From Pirellulales bacterium (GTDB lineage: Bacteria > Planctomycetota > Planctomycetia > Pirellulales > PALSA-1355), in contig CAVTBU010000005.1 in assembly GCA_963733035.1 (NCBI GenBank), positions 258,483 through 322,482 of the forward strand: 64,000 nt of DNA, given 5' to 3'. The position numbers were made by a program, and so were the translations under genes. The notes beneath the pieces are model-generated. The model was not told the origin of the DNA. It worked only from the letters and a program-made list of their open reading frames with translations, and searched no databases. This document shows positions 10,173 through 18,849 of this stretch, one piece after another (positions within the stretch are counted from its first letter, which is position 1; each line of letters starts with the position of its first letter).

Positions 10173-11380
10173 CTGGGCTCGCTCTCACTGGGCATCGAAA
10201 CGGACGGAGAGCCGTTGGTGCTCACTTGTACGGTGGTGGGCAGAGGATGCTCAAGCAACCAGTCCTCGAGAATGATGTGCTCGACGGCCGGTGCGCGCAA
10301 CAACGCGGTTCGCGAAGGCAACACCGCCGTGAGCCAGGGACGTCGTACCGCCCGAGCCATGGCCCTCAGGCCGAGTTTGTTCAGGGAGTTACCGGTAAGT
10401 TGGGCCTGCACGTTGTCGCGCAACCGCTGGAACGTGGCCGGCACAAGGTTCGGCCCGGGCCCGACGTGGATCACGGTTTCCGTCCCGCAAGCCAGCGTTT
10501 CGTACACTGCCTCCCACAGTCGCTGCGGATGGTCAATCCACTGCATCAGGATCTCGCGGGCGTTGAAATCGTTGTAGTTTGCCTTGCCCGTTACCAGCGA
10601 GAACACTGGCGGATTCGGCTTGGTAAACCCGCCGGGCAATGTGTGCGCAAGCACACCGACGCGATTGGTAATATTCTTTTGCCATACCAGTGGCGTATGT
10701 ACCGGCGGCCACTTATCGCTATTCTTCCGCAGATAGACGCGTTTGGGAAAGACGTCGTGCATCAGCTTTCCAAAGCGGTCGACAGTCTCGTATTGCCCAA
10801 GCAGCAACACCGTGTTCGGCGCCAGAAACGATGAGATGCCAATGACGCCAGCGCCCTCATTGTTGATGTGCAAACAGAGACGCTTGACGTCGTCAAAATC
10901 GAGCACCGGCCCGCGAGAGAACAAGACGCCCATCGTGACGTTCTCGGCGAGCGCCACGCAGTCGGCGGCAACGGCCAGCGGCAGCTTGAGCGCGTGCTGC
11001 ATTTCGAACACACCCGAGGCAATCACGGCCGTCAGTTCGCCCAAGCTGTAACCAAATACCATCCGCGCGTTTCGGTACTCGACGCCAAAAAATTCCTCGA
11101 GGATCTCCACTTGCGCTAGCGAGACGGCCACGATCAGCGCAATCGCCTCGTGGTAGCTCTCCAAGTCGGTTTCGCGGTTTTCCCTCACGCGGGCAATCAG
11201 ATCCACGCGCTGCCGCACGGCGTCGGCGCAGATATGGCTGGCTTCGCCCAGGTAGCGTTCAACGGTCGGACCAAATCGGGGGTGCGCAAGCAACTCGCGC
11301 GTACGTCCCAAATTCGCGATGTTGTAACCGCGGAACGCAACGGTAAATTGCCCAAAACGATCCCGAAGGGTGCTGGCCAT
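10145..11380 (-). CDS. FabD-like acyltransferase (malonyl-CoA:ACP transacylase fold), orphan
   Basis: Nucleophile elbow 'GYSLGELTAV' (FabD has GHSLGE) and a downstream His in 'WPPVHTPL'. Start moved from 11572 to ATG 11380 ('MASTLRDRFG...'), because the upstream 64 codons look non-coding. 412 aa, longer than a canonical FabD. No ACP, KS or other fatty-acid/polyketide genes are nearby. Confidence 0.7.
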   Translation of the reverse strand: MASTLRDRFGQFTVAFRGYNIANLGRTRELLAHPRFGPTVERYLGEASHICADAVRQRVDLIARVRENRETDLESYHEAIALIVAVSLAQVEILEEFFGVEYRNARMVFGYSLGELTAVIASGVFEMQHALKLPLAVAADCVALAENVTMGVLFSRGPVLDFDDVKRLCLHINNEGAGVIGISSFLAPNTVLLLGQYETVDRFGKLMHDVFPKRVYLRKNSDKWPPVHTPLVWQKNITNRVGVLAHTLPGGFTKPNPPVFSLVTGKANYNDFNAREILMQWIDHPQRLWEAVYETLACGTETVIHVGPGPNLVPATFQRLRDNVQAQLTGNSLNKLGLRAMARAVRRPWLTAVLPSRTALLRAPAVEHIILEDWLLEHPLPTTVQVSTNGSPSVSMPSESEPSQSEAAGNS

Positions 11381-11597
11381 CGGAAGATTCAGAGGAAGAA
11401 GAGAGAAATGACGTTTGGCACGCTCATGCCATACGGCGGGCTGCTTCTGACTATCATACTCAAAAGGCGCCAGAAAACTTACCCGTCTTTTTCCACCCCC
11501 CTTACTCGGCCAATTGCCTTGTGGACCGCCCCCAGCGGGGCTAAAACCAAACTTCAGGTGGCTGTTGACCATTCCTGCGTTTCACGAGCGTTTTTTT

Positions 11598-12353
11598 ATG
11601 TCCTCAAAACCGCGAATGGCGGTCATTACTGGTTCCTCGAGCGGAATTGGCAGGGCCGTCGCCCTGGCTCTGGCGGAAGCGGGCTCGAACGTCGTCGTAC
11701 ACGCCCGTAGCAATCGGACAGGGACCGAAGAAGTCGCTGCGGCAGCACGCAAATTGGGAGCGACGGCGCACATCATCATTTGCGATCTGGCCGACCCCGC
11801 ACAGCACGACAAACTGGTCGAACAATCCTGGAATTTCTACAACGGAGTGGACATTTGGGTGAATAACGCAGGAGTCGACGTCCTCACCGGTCCGGCGGCC
11901 AAATGGCCATTCCAGCGTAAACTTGACGAGCTCTGGCGGGTAGACGTCGCCGCAACGATGGCGCTGTCGCGCGAGATCGGTGCACGGATGAAGGCTCGAG
12001 GTTCTGGCACGATATTGAATATCGGCTGGGATCAAGTCGATTTTGGCATGGCTGGCGACAGCGGCGAACTGTTTGCCGCCGCGAAGGGTGCGGTGATGGC
12101 CTTCACGCGGAGCCTGGCGCGCTCGCTAGCGCCGCAAGTACGCGTCAACTGCGTTGCCCCCGGCTGGATCAAAACCAAGTGGGGCGAAAACGCCTCCGAG
12201 GATTGGCAAAGTCGCGCCGTCGGAGAGGCGCTTCTTGCCCGTTGGGGAAAGCCCGAAGACGTTGCCGCTGCAGTCCGCTTTCTGACGTCTGCCGACGCGG
12301 ACTTTATCACCGGGCAGACTATTCCGGTCAACGGTGGATTCAAACATTCGTGA
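11598..12353 (+). CDS. short-chain dehydrogenase/reductase (SDR) family protein, atypical active site
   Basis: Cofactor motif 'TGSSSGIGRA' and 'NNAG' are present. Where FabG-type SDRs have 'NxxS...YxxxK', this protein reads 'NIGWDQVDFGMAGDSGELFAAAK' (Ser->Trp, Tyr->Phe, Lys kept). Start set at ATG 11598 ('MSSKPRMAVITG'). Confidence 0.85.
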   Translation: MSSKPRMAVITGSSSGIGRAVALALAEAGSNVVVHARSNRTGTEEVAAAARKLGATAHIIICDLADPAQHDKLVEQSWNFYNGVDIWVNNAGVDVLTGPAAKWPFQRKLDELWRVDVAATMALSREIGARMKARGSGTILNIGWDQVDFGMAGDSGELFAAAKGAVMAFTRSLARSLAPQVRVNCVAPGWIKTKWGENASEDWQSRAVGEALLARWGKPEDVAAAVRFLTSADADFITGQTIPVNGGFKHS

Positions 12354-12368
12354 CCGCGGCAAGCACTC

Positions 12369-13799
12369 ATGAGCGAACATATCCATTTTGTCACCGGTCG
12401 TCTGGCCGAGCATTCGCTTCGCGCGGTGTTGGCCGCTCTGGCTCCACGTGTCGGCTTCGAATACTCGATCGACGTGCTGGGCATTACCGTCGCCGCGCTA
12501 CTCACCACTGACTGGATCGCCCCGCGGCTACAGATACCACCAGACGCCGACCGCGTCATTCTGCCGGGATACTGCCAGGGGGAATTGACTACGATCGAAC
12601 AGGTTGCCGGGGTTCCCATTGAACGGGGGCCACGCGACCTGCGCAGATTGCCGGAGTTCTTTGGCCACCAGACTGCTGACACCGACTACGGCGCCTACGA
12701 CATTGAAATCCTGGCCGAAATCAACCATGCGCCCCGGCTGGCTTTAAGTGATATTCTGGCCGAAGCCGCGCGACTCAATGCCGATGGCGCGGACCTGATT
12801 GATGTCGGTTGCGACCCGGGTGAACCCTGGGCCGCCGTCGGGCAGGTTGTTTCGGCGCTGATCGCCGAAGGGCATCGGGTGTCCATCGATAGCATGAACC
12901 CTCTGGAGATTGGGCCGGCGGTACACGCTGGCGCCGAGCTAGTCTTGAGCGTCAACAGCCATAACCGAGAGGCGGCCAAGGACTGGGGGTGCGAGGTCGT
13001 GGCCGTGCCGGACGACCCCTCGCAACTTGATACACTCGACGAGACCGTTGACTACCTGGCCAGCCACGGCGTGCGGCTGCGGATCGACCCGATTTTAGAG
13101 CCGATCGGATTCGGATTTGCCGGCAGTTTGGGACGATACCTGGAAACACGTCGCCGCTATCCCGATGCCGAGATGCTGATGGGAATCGGCAACCTGACGG
13201 AGCTAACCGATGCCGATTCGGCGCCGATCAATGTATTGTTGTTGGGCTTCGCTCAAGAGCTCGGCGTTCACAGCGTGTTGACCACGCAGGTTATTAACTG
13301 GGCTCGAAGCAGCGTTCGCGAGTGCGACTTGGCCCGGCGGCTCGTGTACTATGCCGTTGGTCATCGCACATTACCTAAACGTCTTGAGCCGCGGCTTGTC
13401 GTGCTGCGTGACTCCGAGGTGTTGGGCCACAACGCCGAAGATCTCGATCGACTTGCCGAACAGCTCAAGGACCACAACTATCGCCTATTTGCCGAATCCG
13501 GGCGGCTTCACGCGATTACGGCCGGACAGCACTTGAGCGATGAGGATCCGTTTCTGCTTTTCGAACAAATTCGCGTCGCCGCGGCGCAACCGCTCGACGC
13601 TTCGCATGCCTTCTACCTGGGATATGAACTTGCCAAGGCGGCCACGGCTCTCACGCTCGGCAAGGAATACAACCAGGACGAAGCATTGGATTGGGGCTTC
13701 TTGACCCAGAGCGAACAGTTTCATCGACTCACTCGGACCTCCAAAAACCATCATCGGTCGTCAACCGGAGGCATCTCCCCGGAAGGCAACAAGACGTGA
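12369..13799 (+). CDS. dihydropteroate synthase-like pterin-binding protein with N-terminal extension (methanopterin-pathway type)
   Basis: 476 aa. The central region carries pterin-binding/DHPS-like motifs 'GADLIDVGCDPGEPW' and 'VSIDSMNPLEIGPAVHAGAELVLSVN', preceded by an N-terminal domain of about 120 aa. The genomic context is pabAB and mptG. Confidence 0.75.
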   Translation: MSEHIHFVTGRLAEHSLRAVLAALAPRVGFEYSIDVLGITVAALLTTDWIAPRLQIPPDADRVILPGYCQGELTTIEQVAGVPIERGPRDLRRLPEFFGHQTADTDYGAYDIEILAEINHAPRLALSDILAEAARLNADGADLIDVGCDPGEPWAAVGQVVSALIAEGHRVSIDSMNPLEIGPAVHAGAELVLSVNSHNREAAKDWGCEVVAVPDDPSQLDTLDETVDYLASHGVRLRIDPILEPIGFGFAGSLGRYLETRRRYPDAEMLMGIGNLTELTDADSAPINVLLLGFAQELGVHSVLTTQVINWARSSVRECDLARRLVYYAVGHRTLPKRLEPRLVVLRDSEVLGHNAEDLDRLAEQLKDHNYRLFAESGRLHAITAGQHLSDEDPFLLFEQIRVAAAQPLDASHAFYLGYELAKAATALTLGKEYNQDEALDWGFLTQSEQFHRLTRTSKNHHRSSTGGISPEGNKT

Positions 13800-15232
13800 A
13801 ACTCGAACCATGCGAATTCCCGTCCGCCGATTGCGATACCCTGGTCGAGACCTGGGATCCGGACGTCGATCTCGAACAGGCATTCGCGCAACTGGCACAC
13901 CGGCCGCACGTCCTGTTTCTCGACAGCGCGCGGCGTCACCCAACGTTGGGGCGGTACTCATTCCTGACGGCCGATCCGTTCGAATATTTGGAAATCCCCG
14001 CCGACGGCAGCGACGCAATGCGACAATTCGAGGGCCGACTCGGACGGTTCAAGTCGCCCACGCTCCCAGGCCTGCCGCCATTTCAGGGAGGCGCAGCCGG
14101 GCTGCTCGGCTACGACCTGGGACGCTCGCTGGAACGGCTGCCATCGCCGGCATTTGATGAATTTAAAACGCCGGCGTTGGCCGTCGGACTATATGACGTA
14201 GTCCTGGCAGTGGATCACGTTGAACGTCAGGCGTGGATTATTTCGCAAGGCTTCCCTGAAACCGAAACCAAGGAGCGTCGGCGGCGAGCCGCGGACCGTT
14301 TGGCCGAATTCCGCGGCTGGCTCAGCGATACAGCGGCATCGCCTGTCCGCCCAACTCCGCTGGTCGACCGCGTTCCGCTGACCGACCTCGCGCCTCAGTA
14401 CCCAGTTGCGGGCCCTGCTGGAATGACCAGCAACATGTCGGCCGAAACCTATGTGGCAGCGATCCGTCGGGCCATTCAGTACATTTACGACGGTGACATC
14501 TTTCAGGTCAACATCGCTCAAAGGCTGCTTTACCCAGCCAACGCCGAAGCCGCACACCTCTATCTGCGACTGCGGTGTCGCAATGCTGCGACCTTTGCCG
14601 GCTACTTCGATTTAGGACACACTCAAATTGCCAGCGCCTCGCCGGAGCGGTTTCTACAAGTGCGAGACGGTGAGGTCGAGGCTCGACCCATCAAAGGCAC
14701 GCGCAGCCGCATGGCTCGTCCCGAGGCCGATTTATTCGCTGGCGATGAGCTGTTGGCAAGCGAAAAAGACCGTGCCGAAAACGTGATGATCGTCGACTTA
14801 TTGCGCAACGACTTGTCGCGAGTTTGCACGCCTGACTCGGTTCGCGTCAGTGAACTGTGTCGATTGGAAAGCTACGAATTCGTTCAGCATCTCGTCTCGG
14901 CTGTGCGGGGGACGTTGTCTACAGACCACACTGCACTCGACCTTTTGCGAGCGGCATTTCCTGGAGGATCGATTACCGGGACTCCCAAAGTTCGCGCGAT
15001 GGAAATCATTGCCGAGCTTGAACCCACGGCTCGCGGCGCCTATTGCGGCTCGCTTGGCTATCTCGGCTTCGACGGCACGCTGGACACCAGCATTCTGATT
15101 CGCACCATCACGGCCAGCGGAGGCTGGTGGCAGGCGTCCGTTGGTGGTGGTATCGTGGCGCAATCGGTCCCCCAACGTGAATACGAAGAAACCTGGCACA
15201 AGGCCATCGGCCTGATTTCGGCTCTGCAATGA
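13796..15232 (+). CDS. pabB: aminodeoxychorismate synthase component I (anthranilate synthase component I family)
   Basis: Chorismate-binding family sequence including 'ARPIKGTRSR' and 'AFPGGSITGTPKVRAMEII'. A probable GTG start at 13796 overlaps the upstream stop (GTGA). A pabB rather than trpE assignment rests on context (pterin/pABA genes), not on diagnostic residues. Confidence 0.8.
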   Translation: MKLEPCEFPSADCDTLVETWDPDVDLEQAFAQLAHRPHVLFLDSARRHPTLGRYSFLTADPFEYLEIPADGSDAMRQFEGRLGRFKSPTLPGLPPFQGGAAGLLGYDLGRSLERLPSPAFDEFKTPALAVGLYDVVLAVDHVERQAWIISQGFPETETKERRRRAADRLAEFRGWLSDTAASPVRPTPLVDRVPLTDLAPQYPVAGPAGMTSNMSAETYVAAIRRAIQYIYDGDIFQVNIAQRLLYPANAEAAHLYLRLRCRNAATFAGYFDLGHTQIASASPERFLQVRDGEVEARPIKGTRSRMARPEADLFAGDELLASEKDRAENVMIVDLLRNDLSRVCTPDSVRVSELCRLESYEFVQHLVSAVRGTLSTDHTALDLLRAAFPGGSITGTPKVRAMEIIAELEPTARGAYCGSLGYLGFDGTLDTSILIRTITASGGWWQASVGGGIVAQSVPQREYEETWHKAIGLISALQ

Positions 15233-15888
15233 TCGTCCTGGTCGACAACTACGACAGCTTCGTCTTCAATCTGGCCCGCTATTTCGAGCGGCTGGGTCAA
15301 TGCACTCACGTCGTGCGGAATGACGCGACGACGCCCGAACAAATCGCGGCACAGCGGCCGGACGCTGTCGTCCTTTCGCCTGGGCCGTGTACACCGAGTG
15401 AAGCCGGCTGTTCGCTGGAAGTCGTTCGCCAACTGGCGGGCCGCGTGCCCATTTTGGGGATTTGCCTGGGGCATCAAACCATTGGTGCGGCCTTCGGCGG
15501 ACGCGTGGTCCGGGCGTCGGAACCCGTCCACGGCCGCACATCGCCGATCATGCACAACCGTCAAAGCGTTTTTGCGAACCTGCCTTCGCCGCTGGTTGCC
15601 TGCCGGTACCATTCCCTGGTCGTCGAGCACGAAAGCCTGCCACGGGAACTTGAGGTAACGGCATGGACTGCCGACGGAACGATCATGGGCCTCGCGCACA
15701 AGTCGCTGCCCATTGTCGGCCTGCAATTTCATCCCGAGTCGATTCTGACCGATGCCGGGTACGATTTACTTGCGGCATTTTTAAAAATTGCCAACATTGC
15801 ACTGCCGGTCGATGTTCCCGCCATGGAAAGCGAGAAGGTCGCTACCTCGATCGCGCCGCCTCTGCCGACACTCCCAGTCACCTTTTGA
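15229..15888 (+). CDS. pabA: aminodeoxychorismate/anthranilate synthase component II (class I glutamine amidotransferase)
   Basis: 'MIVLVDNYDSFVFNL', catalytic 'GICLGHQ' and 'QFHPES'. ATGA overlap with pabB. Confidence 0.9.
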   Translation: MIVLVDNYDSFVFNLARYFERLGQCTHVVRNDATTPEQIAAQRPDAVVLSPGPCTPSEAGCSLEVVRQLAGRVPILGICLGHQTIGAAFGGRVVRASEPVHGRTSPIMHNRQSVFANLPSPLVACRYHSLVVEHESLPRELEVTAWTADGTIMGLAHKSLPIVGLQFHPESILTDAGYDLLAAFLKIANIALPVDVPAMESEKVATSIAPPLPTLPVTF

Positions 15889-15906
15889 CTTTCCGATTTC
15901 GACAAG

Positions 15907-16500
15907 GTGCATCTCGTGATTCTAGAGGGCCTGGTAACGACGCTTTCCTCCGATGGTTCGGTGAACATCTCGCCGATGGGACCTCGTGTCGAACTGCCGC
16001 TCACTCGATTTGTATTGCGGCCCTACCCAACGTCGACGACTTACCGGAACTTGAAACGCACAGGTCAGGGAGTGTTGCATGTCACCGACGACGTGGAGTT
16101 ATTGGCCCAGGCCGCAGTTGGCGTCCCTAACCCGCTTCCGCCGATGGAGCCGGCCACAGCGGTGGAAGGGCGGATTCTCACCGGTGCGTGTCGCTGGTAT
16201 GCGTTTCGGGTCGAGTCGCTTGACGAATCGCGAGAGCGGACAGAAATTGATTGCAACGTCGTCGACTCTGGAGTGCAGCGCGAGTTTTTCGGCTTCAACC
16301 GCGCGAAACACGCCGTACTCGAGGCGGCCATCCTGGCCACGCGCACCGATTTTCTGCCCGGCGATCAGATCCTCGCCGAGTTCGACCGCCTTCGAATCAT
16401 GATTGAGAAGACTGGCGGTCCGGCAGAGCAGCGGGCGTTCGACTTTCTTGGCCGAACCGTGCGGAACCGACTTGCGCTGAAGGCCACGGGCCGCCAATAG
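15907..16500 (+). CDS. DUF447 family protein (split-barrel, methanopterin-cluster associated)
   Basis: 197 aa. The N-terminus 'ILEGLVTTLSSDGSVNISPMGP...LRPYPTSTTYRNLKRTGQGVLHVTDD' matches my recollection of the DUF447 pattern found in archaeal and methylotroph H4MPT gene clusters. GTG start. Confidence 0.65.
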   Translation: MHLVILEGLVTTLSSDGSVNISPMGPRVELPLTRFVLRPYPTSTTYRNLKRTGQGVLHVTDDVELLAQAAVGVPNPLPPMEPATAVEGRILTGACRWYAFRVESLDESRERTEIDCNVVDSGVQREFFGFNRAKHAVLEAAILATRTDFLPGDQILAEFDRLRIMIEKTGGPAEQRAFDFLGRTVRNRLALKATGRQ

Positions 16501-16534
16501 CCGCCGACCTGCCGCTTGCGGTAAAATCAACCCG

Positions 16535-17499
16535 ATGTCCACGCTCATCGAAATCGCCACCGACAGCCGGCTGCATTTCGGCATGTTTTCCTTCGGCCGG
16601 CCCGAGGTGCGCCAGTTCGGAGGAGTTGGCCTGATGATCGACCGGCCGGGGCTTCGGCTCCGGGTGACGCCTGCCACTGGTTTTCAGGTGCTGGGACCGC
16701 TCGCGCATCGTGTTCCCAAAGTTGTCCGGCGACTGGTCGAATCTTGGGACCTGACGGCTCCGCCCGCCTGCCGGCTGGAGATTCTTTCCGCGCCGGCGGA
16801 GCATCTCGGATTGGGCACCGGTACGCAATTGGAGTTGGCCGTGGCCGCCGGTTTGAGCGCATATCGAGGTGGTCCATCGCTGGACGCTGTGGAACTGGCC
16901 AAGCTCACTGGCGCGGCGCACGCTCGGCAATTGGCACCTATGGTTTCCTGCGCGGAGGTCTGATCGTCGAGAGCGGCAAGTTGCCAGACGAGGTCCTTGC
17001 CCCGCTCGAACACCGCGTCGAGCTGCCGGCCGCATGGCGATTCGTCTTAGTATTCCCGAACGCCGAGCGAGGACTGGCCGGCGATGCCGAACAACGGGCT
17101 TTTCGCGCCCTACCCCCCGTTCCCTGTGAGACGACCTCGCGGTTGCGGGCCGAGGTAGCAGAGACGCTTCTACCGGCAGCCGCAGCGGGCGAGTTTTCCG
17201 ACTTTAGCGAAAGCATGTTTCGGTTCGGCCGACTAGCCGGGATGTGCTTTGAGCGCAGTCAGGGTGGACCGTTCGCCAGCCCTCGACTTTCGGAGTTGGT
17301 CGAGACGATTCGCGGCCTGGGAGTAAGCGGTGTTGGCCAAAGTTCCTGGGGACCAACGCTGTTTGCCCTGCTAGATTGTGACGACACGGCTAAACGGTTC
17401 GGTCTTTCAATGGCAAAACACTTGCGGCCTGGTGAAACGTGGCTTGTCGCGAAGCCCAGCTCCACTGGGGCCAGTCTCTCACGGAGAGAGATCGCATGA
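16535..17499 (+). pseudogene. mptG: beta-ribofuranosylaminobenzene 5'-phosphate (beta-RFAP) synthase; frame broken near 16910-16912 (or assembly indel)
   Basis: Fragment 1 (16535..16963, frame 2) reads 'IEIATDSRLHFGMFSFG...HLGLGTGTQLELAVAAG' (GHMP-kinase-like MptG pattern). Fragment 2 (16744..17499, frame 1) continues 'RGARSAIGTYGFLRGGLIVESG...GVGQSSWGPTLFAL'. Inserting one C in 'actggcgcggc' gives '...AKLTGRGARSAIGTYGF'. Confidence 0.75.
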
Positions 17500-17894
17500 A
17501 AATCTCGGCCGGAACCCTTGCCTACCGTCAGGGCGCCGAGGGCATCGAGGTACTCCTCGTGCATCCGGCCGGCAACTATAATCGCCATGCCCCTTGGAGC
17601 ATTCCCAAGGGCATACCCGACTCCGGTGAATCGTTGGAGGATGCGGCGCGACGCGAGACGATGGAAGAGACCGGAATTCGCGTCGGCAAACTGCGGCCGA
17701 TGGGGTCGATCACGTACCAGAAGAGTCACAAGCAAGTGCATGCCTTTGCCACTGAATGCGGTTTCGAAGCGCCGCACTGTGCTTCCTGGGAGGTCGACCG
17801 CGTGGAATTCGTGTCGCTCGAAAGAGCCCGCGAGTTATTGCACCCCGACCAGCGTGCATTCCTCGATCGGTTGCTTGAGGTGTTGAACGAGTGA
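17496..17894 (+). CDS. NUDIX hydrolase
   Basis: Perfect Nudix box 'GIPDSGESLEDAARRETMEETGI' (Gx5Ex7REUxEExGU). The start ATG at 17496 overlaps the mptG stop (ATGA). Confidence 0.9.
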   Translation: MKISAGTLAYRQGAEGIEVLLVHPAGNYNRHAPWSIPKGIPDSGESLEDAARRETMEETGIRVGKLRPMGSITYQKSHKQVHAFATECGFEAPHCASWEVDRVEFVSLERARELLHPDQRAFLDRLLEVLNE

Positions 17895-18433
17895 AACGCG
17901 CTGTCGCCGACGCCGGCCACGTAATGGTACTGTCCACCCGCTCACACGGGGCCACTGGGAGAACTAACCTAATGTTGTCGCTCGAAGATCAAATCGTGTT
18001 GTCGTTGCGGCGAATCAGTCAGGCCATCGACGTTTGGTCGCGGCATCTACTGCAACACTACGGCCTTACGTCTCCTCAACTGGCCACTCTCCGCGAGATC
18101 CAAGGAGGCAGAAACGTTTCGACCGGCACGCTGGCCTCGGCCCTGCACCTGAGCCAGCCGACAGTGACCGGAATCCTTACGCGTCTCGAGCAGCGAGGGC
18201 TTATCACGCGAGTTCGCTCCGAGGATGATCGCCGTAGTGTGTTGGCCACAGTGACTGAAGAGGGTAAAGCGTTAGTTGCCAAGGCACCCCAACTGCTACG
18301 CGACAGTTTCTGCGAGGAATTGGTCACACTACCTGTCGACGAGCAGCAGCGAATTCTCGCGACGCTGCAAAAAGTGGCCGACATGATGCACGCGCCCCAA
18401 GTCGTGGAGGGACCGTTCTTCTTCAACTCCTAG
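17891..18433 (+). CDS. MarR family transcriptional regulator
   Basis: Winged-HTH pattern 'LTSPQLATLREIQGGRNVSTGTLASALHLSQPTVTGILTRLEQRGLITRVRSEDDRRSV'. GTG 17891 overlaps the Nudix stop (GTGA). ATG 17972 ('MLSLEDQ') is an alternative start. Confidence 0.85.
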   Translation: MKRAVADAGHVMVLSTRSHGATGRTNLMLSLEDQIVLSLRRISQAIDVWSRHLLQHYGLTSPQLATLREIQGGRNVSTGTLASALHLSQPTVTGILTRLEQRGLITRVRSEDDRRSVLATVTEEGKALVAKAPQLLRDSFCEELVTLPVDEQQRILATLQKVADMMHAPQVVEGPFFFNS

Positions 18434-18565
18434 TCAGCCGAGAGCCGAACATTCGTCACAACCGCGTCAACTGCAATGTCCTGCGAGAAACGTCGGATTT
18501 GCGTTCGCGGCTTTCTCGCCCACGCGTCCTGATCGCTCCAATCCTCGCTTTGTGAGCACGGCATG

Positions 18566-18586
18566 ATGCTAAGATTTCGTTAGCAT
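18566..18586. promoter_or_regulatory. AT-rich inverted repeat ATGCTAA-N7-TTAGCAT between marR and flp
   Basis: Perfect 7-bp arms (18566-18572 and 18580-18586) located 87 nt upstream of the flp ATG (18673). A chance occurrence is plausible in a 240-nt spacer. Confidence 0.25.
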
Positions 18587-18672
18587 GTCGCTCAACCTTG
18601 GTCTTCGGTCATGCACTGTACGATGGCCAACATCCGGGGCTACCCCAGGGCGTCGATGCACGTGAGGTACCC

Positions 18673-18849
18673 ATGCGACGATTGCTGATACATACGGCCC
18701 GCTTCTTAAGATCGGAAGACGGCCCCACTGCGGTGGAATACGCGATTCTGTTGGCCTTGGTAATTCTCGTTTGCCTAACGGCAATTCGCGCCTTTGGCAC
18801 CAAGACCAGCAGCTCATTCAGCAAATCAGCACAATCGATTGCCAGCTAA
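18673..18849 (+). CDS. flp: Flp family type IVb pilin (orphan copy)
   Basis: 58 aa reading 'MRRLLIHTARFLRSEDGPTAVEYAILLALVILVCLTAI...'. It has the Flp processing/hydrophobic motif G/xTAVEYA. A GAGG sits 6-7 nt upstream of ATG 18673. It is a paralog of the flp at 60575..60760. Confidence 0.85.
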   Translation: MRRLLIHTARFLRSEDGPTAVEYAILLALVILVCLTAIRAFGTKTSSSFSKSAQSIAS

